Source of the DNA: Eledone cirrhosa | Lineage: Eukaryota | Assembly (NCBI GenBank): GCA_964016885.1 | Contig: OZ024741.1 | Span: 79,360,001-79,424,000, forward strand | Length of the DNA stretch: 64,000 bases | Reading direction: 5' to 3' | In this document: positions 53,231 to 64,000 of the stretch, one piece after another | Layout: every line of letters begins with the position of its first letter | How positions within the stretch are numbered: the stretch's first letter is position 1 | Translations under genes and position numbers: made by a program | Notes under the pieces: model-generated | Databases searched by the model: none | The model's input: the letters and a program-made list of their open reading frames with translations, nothing else | Told to the model about the DNA's origin: nothing

Positions 53231-55150
53231 ATGGAAACACATAGGTTACGTATCCCGAGAACCCAGAGAGGATTTGGAAGGGAGCAAACCTTGACAAGTG
53301 GTAACTGGAATGTTACAACCCTTATAGGAAAGAAGCAGGAACTAGTGGAGAAACCTATATACAACCGGCTACATATAGTCGGGGCTTCCTCAACAAGGTT
53401 TCGTGGCTCTGATACTGCAGATTTAGATGGGGGATAGAAATTCACTATTTAGGTGTGGTGCCAGAAAATACTGCACAGGTGAACGTAGGGATACTCACAA
53501 GCCCCAGGTTGTCAGAATGTGTTATGGAGTGGATCCTAGTGAGATGGACGATTTGTCTCTTGAAACTTAGACAGAAAGAAAGGGTGGTGCAAGTTTATGC
53601 GCCAAAGTGTGCAAATACAGATCATTCCTTATTAAAGTTACTGCAGTATTAGATGTAGTTAAGACGGAGTCATATATCCTAATGCGAGACTTCAATGCAC
53701 ATGTTGTCACTGACTACTTGTAATTGACTCTGATCTCTTCGATTCTGTTCTGCATGTTCGTATAAAAAGAGGGGCTGAACTATCAGCGATCCTAATCGAA
53801 TTATCTGCAGCCTGAGACTACCTAAAGCCAATAGAACCCACAAAACTTGTAGGTCCAGATCGTGATAGAGGATAAAGAAGGAAGCGCCGGCAAATACGGA
53901 ATTCAGCAACAGGTTTGTGAATACTATTGCATGCCAATTCAGAGACTTCCTTGAGTAAAGTGAATAGTATGGACTATTCATTTGGACAGTTTCTGCTTCA
54001 GCTGTTATGTGCTGACAAACACGGCTTGGTATGGCGCTGGGTGGCGGTAGATCACTTGGTTCAATCAAGTGATCAAAAATACCACCCGAGCAAAGAAGGA
54101 TGCCTAAAAGCTTAGTTTGTAAATATGACCTCATTCTTGCACTTGCGGTACACACAGACGCAAAAAATCGCAGCAGAGACAGAAACGGCGTCCAAAGTTA
54201 AGATAGGGTTTAAGTTGGAATCCGACTTCGGATCAGCAAATAAATTATTCTGACAGACCATTTGCCGACTTCGTAACAAGAAGTCCTTCTCCATGCTTGC
54301 TATCAGGAATGCGTCTGGAGTTCTCCTCTCTTTAGAGATATGCATCCTCGCGAAGTGAAGAGAATACACTTCAGATATTTTAAACTCGGTAACAGCAGCA
54401 TCTTCTGATGTATATGAGCTGTATCTAGGAGCGATAACTAACCTCTCGGAGGCTGAGGTTACGAGAGCATTTAAAGAGCTCAAATATGGCAAGGCCGCTG
54501 GGGAGGATAAAATTCAGCCTTTCAAGAAATCCAAGCCACCCGCCACACGTGAGTCAGCCAGAGAATACGTTCACTATTTGAGGCTTTTAAGATCTCGGCC
54601 TGAATTTTAACCCCCCATCGTCTTTTTTCTTCTTTTGTTTACTTTGTTTCATCTCACAACGCGTTCAACTGTCCATTTCCTTTTTCACCGTTATTCCTTC
54701 GCTTTAGTTGTTGTTTTTTACCTAATATATGTCTGAACACGGCTCCAAGAAACTTTATTTTCTCCACCTACTTCAGTGGAGCTCCATTCATATGTAGAGT
54801 GCACTGCGCAGGCTTCCTTAAGAAGACGAGTGTCTCAGTTTTCGCAGCACTGACTTTCATTCCAACCATGTAGCATTCGGCATAAATCCTATCAAGTGCA
54901 AGTCGGAGATCACATTTTTGTTGAGTTAAGTAACACCGTGTCGTCTGCAAATTCCAGCTGACTGATTTTACCTGCCAGTCGTGGTTCCACTTCCAACCCA
55001 GCTGCGTATATCAATCCTGTTCATGGAAATAATGAACAGGAGAGGTGACAGTACGCACCTTTGGTGGAGTCTGACTCTCACATTCAATGGCTTCGATTTA
55101 GCACCTTTTATCCAAACACAAATACTCGGACATTCCTATAGGTGCTTACT
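53231..55150. mobile_element. Decayed RTE LINE: endonuclease/linker on + (53231-54520), RT fragment on - (54768-55150)
   Basis: GNWNVTTLIGKKQELV, VQVYAP, GKAAGED on +; GMKVSAAKTETLV on -. Confidence 0.7.
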
Positions 55151-55439
55151 GTATAAAATACTCATCAGTTATTGTTTAAATGTTTTAAATACTGTAGTAT
55201 TTATAACACCCATTCATATATAAATTTAGGGAATGTGTAAGGACATACGGGTCTACGGTAGGTAGGTTGATGTTGGAATCAATTGATGATTCCGTGGTTA
55301 GGTTAGGCTTGAAATTTGGTTTTGCTAGTGAGGTGTTTGCGGAATAGAAGGAGAGAGCTGTTAGCTTGGTAAAGATTAGGCTATGAGGGTTGGGCACAAC
55401 GACACAGGGGCTGTCTATACGTAATAGGTCCGAGGTGAT

Positions 55440-56920
55440 GCAATTTTCAGTTGGGTTTTACAATAAGCACATCATCGAACCGGCTGATAAGGCAACGAAT
55501 AATTTTGATATGATATGCAAAAAAATACAGTCTCTCGGTTTTAGATAGGAAGTTAGAATGAGATGTTAATTATAATTTTAGGGGTAATCGAACTTACGAA
55601 CTAACTCCGGGGAATATTGATCAGCTGATAGAAGAAGAAAAAACTAGTTATGAAGTTATGGATCTGCGGTTACCTCTTGAAGGAGTAAAATCTGTGATCC
55701 CAGAGTCTTTTAGATGCCGAAGCTGCACAAAACGTTGTTTGGATGTAGATTCATACCCGGATCTAGTAGATGCACGAATAGAAAAGTAGTTATTTTAGCT
55801 AACCAGACTTAAGCAGTAGTTAAGGAGGCATTTGATAGATATTGTGATGCAAATAATGGAATAAATATGAGGTGGGGTATAGGATCTACTAATGAATTTT
55901 TAACTAGATTAAGCAGAATAAGGATTATAAACCAACGCACGTGAATGACTTCTCCGCCCTTTACACTACTAATTTGGAACTGGATTTAGTTGAGAAAGGG
56001 ATATGTAGAATAATAGACCTGGTTTTCGGAAATACGTTTAAGTATGTTTCCTTTAGGAACGGCAATAGCTTTATATCTTGAGTAAGGTACAGCGTATACA
56101 CTAATTGGCCAAAGGATAAACTGAGAAGGGCGGTATATATATATATGATAAATAATTCTTACGTTGCATTCGTAAGTAATGTTTTCAGGCAGGCCAGGAC
56201 CAAACCAATGGACGGAAACTGAAGCTCGCTCCTGGCAGATTTAAATTTATCTTCCTGTGAGTTTGGCTATTTGGAAGGGTTAAAGAAGCTTAGGAGAATA
56301 GACCTGACTACGCAGTTGAGTGGATGTTGATGGTATATTGATGGTGTATTTGTTACTAATTAAGGGCATTTCGAGGCTTTACTACACACAATCTATCCGA
56401 AGAGTTTAAAGTCAAAGGAGAATGGATGCAACGCTATTAATTATTTAGACGTCACTATCGAGAGGAGCTGTGAGTCGACAGCGACAAAAGTTTACAATAA
56501 GACTAATGATTTTAGCTTTAAGTTAGCTTCTATGCCCGTTGTAACAAGATATACGCAAGTATTTTTAGGATTCAGTTGGTTTTCCAGTCAAATTATACGT
56601 TCGATAGGATAAGTAGCCAGATGAATGTTTTTATGGAAGAAGTGAAAAAACTCTTAAAACATATAGTAGGACAGGGATACGAAGAAAGATTTCTGATACC
56701 ATATTTTCGTCGGCGCCTTGGCTTTGAAAGGGAGATTCTGTTTCAAGTTTGCAGATGAAAAGCGAAAGGTTATAAAAGTAATTTTATTTTACATTGAGGC
56801 AATTGAATTTTGGTGTATTCAAGGAAGATTCCAAAAAAATCCTTCTGTTGATATTTGGTCGATTCTTGACCTACTTAGAGGTATTTTAACATATATGTTT
56901 TTGAAGTATAAAATTTAAAA
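55440..56920 (+). mobile_element. Highly decayed Penelope-like element (Neptune-type RT)
   Basis: Manual translation PADKATNNF, WYIDGV (YIDD-like), NYLDVTI, KVYNKTNDFSF. Confidence 0.6.
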
Positions 56921-57192
56921 GGATTCTGGTGATTTTTGCCGATATTTGACCGAAATACCATGAGTGAAGTTAGAGATAGGGCTACAGGTGATGACCAAGG
57001 TCATTGTTTCTTTTGGGGGGGGGGGGGGCATTTCCTTTCTTTGTGTAAGTCAAAAGGAAAGAGGTTTTTAGTAGATGGAGTATATCATAATTTAGTTCAA
57101 TAATTTTGAAAATCTCTGTTTGCATATTTGATTTTATTTGCACGTGTATGTTTGTATGTATATGATTTAATCTTAAATATGTTTTACATTCG

Positions 57193-57233
<41 letters not shown>

Positions 57234-57234
<1 letters not shown>

Positions 57235-57608
57235 AATAATTGTTTCTATTTTTGGCACAATTATCCAGCGCATTACTGGTGCTTTATTTTATCGACCCTG
57301 TAAGGATGAAAGGCAAAGTTAACCTAGGCGGGATTTGAACTCAAACCGTAAAGGGCCGTAACTCGGTGCTCCAAAGCATGGTGTCTGACCCTCTACTGAT
57401 ACTGCTAATCCACCTTATATGTAAATAATTGTTTCTACTTTTGGTACAAGGCCAGCAATTATCCTAGTGCATTACTGGTACTTTATTTTATAGACCCTGT
57501 AAGCATGAAAGGCAAAGTTAACCTCGGCGGGATTTAAACTCAGACCGTAAAGGGACGTAACTCTATGCTGCAAAGCATGGCGTCCGACCCTATACCGACC
57601 GATACTGA
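57234..57608 (-). mobile_element. Head-to-tail pair of tRNA-derived SINEs
   Basis: Two copies, ~57234-57414 and ~57423-57608. Confidence 0.85.
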
Positions 57609-58579
57609 CGTTGAAATTTCTGCTTTTTGCGTCGCTTTTTGTTATCGTATTTATGTGATATTTATCTTTGATTCCTTCGTTTAATTCTTTAATGACTTAA
57701 GTAATATTTTTTTTTTTATGTTGTGTTGTTTGGACTAGACTTCCCAATGGGCGGCGTCACGTCTTCTAGGTGGATAATTTGGGGTTTAAAGTTGAGAGAC
57801 CACGAAAGAAAGTTTAGTGCGGCCTTTTATGTAATGCGGTCGTAATCACTGCAGATAATAATAGCTAAATTAGCTTTATTACAGAGAAGCTACTTAATAT
57901 AACGGCTGCAGCTTGATAACGTCTGTCTTCCACATTTGGTGGCTGTTCGGTTTGCCGAGTTTGGGAAGGTGGGTGGTCCGCGTTTTGGAGAGAATCGAAC
58001 TCAACCTAACGGTTGCGTATCCAACTCTCTAGACATTAAACCAAGCGTCTTCACACACACACGTGTGTGCGTGTCTGTGTGTATGTGTTCACCTCAGTAT
58101 TTTATTTTCTTGTTTATATTAATGAAACTGTTTCTATTTCTATTTCTTTATAATTCAACATTTTAAAAACTTGAATACATTCACATGACCATTTTTCCTG
58201 CAAATCCTTTCCTTCCAGTCAGTTGCTTACATTATCATAAACATTATACTTCCGTGTTTGCTTTTAACTTCCTCTCTGATCACTAAACACGTCCCTAACA
58301 AACACTTTTTTTTTTTTTAATATTTCTGACTAAACTTATTATTTAACTCTGCGTAAACTTGAGTTCATTCAAGTATTTCTCCTCCTTGCTTGTTTCTCTC
58401 GACATTTAATTAACTACTAAAAATTATCAAAATTCTTACATTTTCTTATTCACTTTCACACTCTCCTTTAACGAATATATCTTTCTCTATAAAGTGAACG
58501 ATTTCAACAAATATTCTATTTCTTATTGCCACTTATTTCTGTATTTTCAATGCTCTTAATATGAAGATCAGATCATCCC

Positions 58580-60888
58580 TCTTTGAACATAAGTCCATCC
58601 ATAAGATCACATAGGCTTCAAACGACCATGAAACAAGGACCAGATTGGCCACATAGCAATTAGACTTGAATAGAGAATACCATGTTTGCATGATGTTAGA
58701 GGTGCTGATGTCAGTAGCGACCTCTACCTAGTCGTTGCCAAAATTAAGATCAAACTGAGGAAGCAATAAAAACAAGACATCATTACCCAGGAGGTTTGAC
58801 AGCACCAAACTAAAAGACTTTAGGACAGCCTATGAGTTTGAGGCAGTTCTTCAAATCAGATTCTGTGCCTTAGAGTTTATTCCACCAGGAACATCAGAAT
58901 GGTGGGAAAACCTAAAGGAAGAAATGACAACAGCTGGTGAAAAAATACTGAGGTACGAGAAGCTCACCAGGGAAATATGAATTAATAACCACAGCTGGCA
59001 ACTAATTAAAGAAACAAAAGCTCTATATTAAAGAAAGCTGAATGATAAGGACCGTAGTGTTTTACAGAAATATACTGAAAAAGACAAGGAATTAAGCCAT
59101 AGTGCTCAAAAAGACAAATGTCTGTGGTTGGAGAGCCAAACTGAAGAAGTACAGGTCAGTGCTAAATGAAATGACATATGTGCTGTATATAAAAAGATTA
59201 CTGGTATCTCAAAAACCAGGTCAGTTTTGATCATGGTAAAGGATGGAACCCTTCTGCCCAAAGGTGAAGATAAACTTGTGAGATAGGTCGAACACTTCAA
59301 GAAAGTACTAAACCAACCTGAGCCTGACTCTCTGACATTAACCGACGTACCCTCTTATCATCTCCCAATTAACACTGGTGACTCCTCCGAGGAAGAAATA
59401 TGGAAAGCCATCAAAACCCTAAAAAAGAATTAGTTGCAAGCAGGGAAAAGCGAACGTAAAATGAAATGATGAAAATGATGATGAAAAATGTATGGATGGC
59501 ATCACCGTAGAAATGTTTAATGTTAGTTATGCAACCAGATTTAGAATATACATCAGGTACCGGAAGACTGGAAGAACGGAGAAATTGCCTGTATCCCTAA
59601 AAAGTGTAATCTTGCAGAATATGATAAATGAAGAGAGTAACACTTCTATCTGTACCAGGAAAGGTGTACTGCCAGGTTATCCTGATTCGAATGAAAGAGG
59701 CAGTCTTGCATGAGCAACAAGCTGGATTCCAACCTAAATGTTCCTGTGCCTATCAAATACAAGACGACACATCATCGAGAAATAAAATGAATTCCAAGTA
59801 CCACTTGCCACCTCATTCATTGACTTTACTAAAGCATTTGATAGACAGCACAGACCATCCTTATGGAACATCATGCAAGCTTATGCATACCATTCAAGGT
59901 TGTCTCAGCTCTCAAGGATTTATATAGTGGTTCAGAATTCTGCGTAAGAACTGAGGATTGCTATAGTGAGTAGTTTGAGGTCATCACAGGAATCCACAAA
60001 GGATGCCCGCTGTCTCCGATGTTTTTTTCTTCTCCTTTGGCCATCAACTGAATTCTTTAAAAGGCAACAGAAGATAAGGGGATTGACTGGCAAGAGGAAC
60101 AGAATCTCTCAGGCCTTGACTTTGCAAATGATATTACAGCCATGGCCAAAAATACATCCGACTTGCAATACCTGATAGATGAGATAGGGTCATTTGCAGC
60201 TAACATGGGTCTCCACATCAGTGTCAAAAGGACCAAGAAATGCTAGTTGGTATTCATCCATCACCAGCAAACATCTGCATCAATCAGGAGGCTATAGAGG
60301 TTGTGAATGACTTCACCTACCTCGGAAGCTCTAGCATCAGAAGTGAGGACATGGTGAAAAGAATTAATTGAAGAATAGGCAAAGCTTTGGTTGCCATTAA
60401 GCAAATCGACAAGATCTGGAGAGGCAAATACTTTCGTTTGATACCAAGATGAAATTTTACAACAGCAATGTGCTTTCAACATTCCCGTATAGGTGTAAAA
60501 CGGGGAGTGTGAAGATCTACCAAAACAACCAACTAGATGCTTTTGATACCAAATGCCCAGGAAAATACATGGTATCATCAGCAAAGAAGTTTGTCAACGA
60601 ACCCACCAACAACGTGTGTCTAACATCATATGCAAGCATCAACTTGGCTGGTTGAGACATGTCACACTACTCCTAAACGAGAGCCATGCTTTTCAAGTCC
60701 TATTTTGGTACACTCATGAAAAGAGGGGAAGAGGACGTCCCAAGCTGAACTGGCAGTTGACAGAGACCTGAAACCCTTCAACAAGTTGTAATGATGTATT
60801 GATAGATACAACTGATTGTGATCATTGGTGTACTTTGGCAGCCTCATGCATCTCAAAAATCATGGGAGTTTCTAAATCTAAGTAAGTC
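58580..60888 (+). mobile_element. Decayed RTE-clade LINE with short tandem tail
   Basis: RGADVSSDLYLV, TLLSVPGKVYC, EQQAGF, LDFANDI, LGWLRHV, RGRGRPK; tail CTAAATCTAAGTAAGT. Confidence 0.8.
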
Positions 60889-62354
60889 TATGCTTTCAAT
60901 AAATCTTTATTCTTCTCTTTCTTTTTTTTTGTCTCTTTAATCCCTCTTTCTATCTCTTACCATATGTGCCCTGTTTTTCACTCTACCTCTTTTATTTCTA
61001 ACCCATTTAGTTTATTTACAATTAAATATTTTAAGTGTTAAACTTTACATTTTAGAATAACCCTCTTTTTCACTAAATATATTAAAGATAAATCCTTTCA
61101 TTGCATGGAGAAACGGTAATGTAATGACAATGTAGAATCTTGGTCTTAATTACACACACACATAGATACCCCCCTCCCATATATATATATATACATCAGA
61201 CAAATATCTTAAAAATCTTAAATAAGGCTATTAAACAATGTTTCCTGACATAAAAATCGACGGCATTGTCACAACTGAAACGCCGTTTATGATAGATTTC
61301 TACATCAAGAACTGATATGGGAATACACTACAACAACAATGTTTGCTTCATGACAGCAAAAGAACAACTCTGTGTGATTGCACGACCACCTACAAATAGT
61401 ATTCATTGTCCTCCAAGATTACACCCTAGAAATTTTATCATCATCATAATTATCATCCTTTTAGTATCTACTATTCCATGCTGGCAAGGGTTGAACGGTA
61501 CGTTTGAAACAGTATTTTACTGTTGGGTCCACTTCATAAGGGGACAAACGAATTCGAAATTGGCCCTATAAGAGTCCATTTCATAGACCCAATATCAAAT
61601 TCGGTCCTCCCCTTATCTATATCCAGTATTACATTAGAAATATTATATAACAATCTGTCTAATAAAGTCATGTTGGTGGCTGTGGGATGCAGCATTACGT
61701 AATTGTTAACGCCATAGAAATATGTATTACAGCAGATTGTGAATATCTACATCTGGCCTTCGCAATTATGATTATTGTAAGTATACCGTTATCGACTACC
61801 AAATCAGATTTCACATGAGGTAGAGTACTTGAACCTAATTAATATTTACTGATTGGAATGTTGCATACATGACCCTGGTTAGTTAACATATATATATACA
61901 TATATATAGTCTGCCCAGTTGCAGCTTCAGCTTCAGTGTATACTTAATATAATATATATATATTGCACAAGAGTGTTGTTTATCTTAGTTATTAGGTAGT
62001 AACTTCCTGATGATAAGCAGATCCTAGCGACCAAAACACTACACGTCAGTAGTTTATCCCATTATGAAAATGAGTGACGGAGTATTCATTTATCAAATAA
62101 TGGTAGTTAAGACAGGATTAAGTCGCTATAATTGTTTATTGCATTAAACAATTATGATGATTTAATCCCATCTTAATAACCATTATTTGATAAATATATT
62201 ATATATATATAGATATATCATATTATAATGATTTTTTTTGTACCAATATGTATATATGTTGCTGAAACCCCCTTTCATCACCCTCCCTAAGTTTGTAAGA
62301 AAATTGTCAGGAGGGCAATGCTTCTGCTAGCCTATATGGTAATAATAATGATAA

Positions 62355-62745
62355 TGATTCCTAACATAGGAACAAATCCTGCATTTAGTGGAAAGGGGAA
62401 AGCCGATTATATGGATCCATGTATTTCACTGGTACTTTATTTGATTGACCACGGAAGGATGAAAGGTAAAGTGCACCTCAGTGAAATTTGAATGCAGAAT
62501 GTAGGAAGTCGTACCTACAGACCTGTCAACTCTCCCCGTCCGACAGGCTGGGTGAAAGATGTCTTCTCGTGTGAAAATGGGTATAGTTTTCATTATGTAA
62601 AATCCCCCCATTTTGCCTCATTTCTCCCTGTTTCAGAGCACTTCTTTTCATGGTACTCCCTGTTTGGGTTTTTAGGTTGACAGGTCTGTAACTAAAAGCT
62701 GTAAAGTGTTTTGTCTGATGCTTTACTGATACTGCAAATCTGCCA
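62355..62745 (-). mobile_element. SINE interrupted by a MITE
   Basis: The SINE body stops at 62517 and resumes at 62689. Confidence 0.7.
62518..62688. mobile_element. 171-bp MITE with 13-bp TIRs and an apparent 6-bp TSD
   Basis: CAGACCTGTCAAC ... GTTGACAGGTCTG; flanks TACCTA / TAACTA. Confidence 0.85.
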
Positions 62746-63390
62746 CAAACAAGATATATTTATATATAAATGTACATGATAAAAAACAACAAAAAACAAA
62801 AACAAATATATATAATTGAGACATCATTCATAAATATATTATTTTTTTTTCTCCTGAGATAGCATATAATACACTTTCCTGAAATAGAGAGATGAGGAAA
62901 CCAAAGTCAAGTCCATCAGTTCCATAGTACCTAACATTTTGGTAAATAATAAATATTTTGTTTTTCATTATTTTTTTTTTTTAATTTTTCTTTTTTTGCA
63001 TTTTTTTAAATTTTAGCAAGAAAAAACCCCAATAAAAACAAAAACAAAAACAAAAAAAAACATACTTTCGAAATACAATTTCAAATATTGACAGACATAA
63101 TAATATTGTATTGTATTGTTTTAATTAATTACGGATAATTAATTAAATCCCTGATCACGTTAAAATCTTGTAATTATTTGCAGCAATTTTCATAAAATTC
63201 CCCTAAAAAACAAAAACAAAAATTAAATATACAACAATAAAGCATGTAATTTACAGATAATATATATATATATATTTATATATATATATATGCATGTATT
63301 GATATGTGTGGATGTATGTATGCATATATGCAATGCATGTATGTAAATGTTTATATATATATATGTGTTTATATATATATAGATATACAT

Positions 63391-63446
<56 letters not shown>

Positions 63447-63630
63447 GTATAATTATATAATTCTCATTTGACGTCCATTTTCCTTGCTAGCAAGGGTTGG
63501 ACGGGTCTTCACAGAATGAGTCTATACTCTGACCCTGCAGATAAGCTAGGGGCCTGCATCTCACTTCATACAATCCTCCACTTTACTAAATGCATATCAC
63601 ACACACATATATGTATTTATATATATATAC

Positions 63631-63676
<46 letters not shown>

Positions 63677-63766
63677 TAACACAAAATAAAAAAAGGCCAA
63701 TGTTGATTTCTTTGAGGGAACCATGTATGTTGTTTGTGACGCTGATTTGCACATATATATGACTAT

Positions 63767-63803
<37 letters not shown>

Positions 63804-63817
63804 CATCAATATATATA

Positions 63818-63978
63818 CGCCAAGGATCACCTGGCGACGAACGTTCCGGAAGGACCTGATGGCAGCCAACATCACCTGGCACGGTCTCGAAAAAGTTGCC
63901 GTTGATCGTGACCGTTGGCGACTAATTACTGCTGGATGCGCCGAACGGCACGGAAGAAACTAAGACTAAGACTAAGAT
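63818..63978 (+). mobile_element. 3' end of an RTE-type LINE
   Basis: PRITWRRT..AVDRDRWRQL-like peptide followed by a (CTAAGA)3 tail. Confidence 0.65.
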
Positions 63979-64000
63979 ATATACATATATATATATATAT

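Overview
AT-rich, microsatellite-laden eukaryotic DNA with no host protein-coding gene that I can support. The abundant tRNA-derived SINE resembles repeats I recall from octopod cephalopods (inference). The window is a patchwork of mobile DNA: a near-intact Tx1/L1-type LINE (9.6-13.3 kb, one frameshift), several Penelope-like elements (PLEs; RT plus GIY-YIG), decayed RTE LINEs, hAT remnants, a MITE, non-autonomous Helitron-like units, a solo LTR and a ~4.8 kb G-rich (GGTGAGATGGT)n satellite. The most notable hidden layer is a dense set of type I hammerhead ribozyme (HHR) motifs read by eye: about nine complete and more than a dozen damaged, from many sequence families. They lie in short non-coding elements inserted into (TA)n tracts, arranged as partial tandems or fold-back inverted repeats, and in several cases the inversion junction falls at the CUGANGA catalytic core. 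HHRs in PLE pseudo-LTRs and metazoan retrozymes are known; the density, family diversity, core variants and junction placement are what merit follow-up. All folds and alignments were done manually, so boundaries are approximate.
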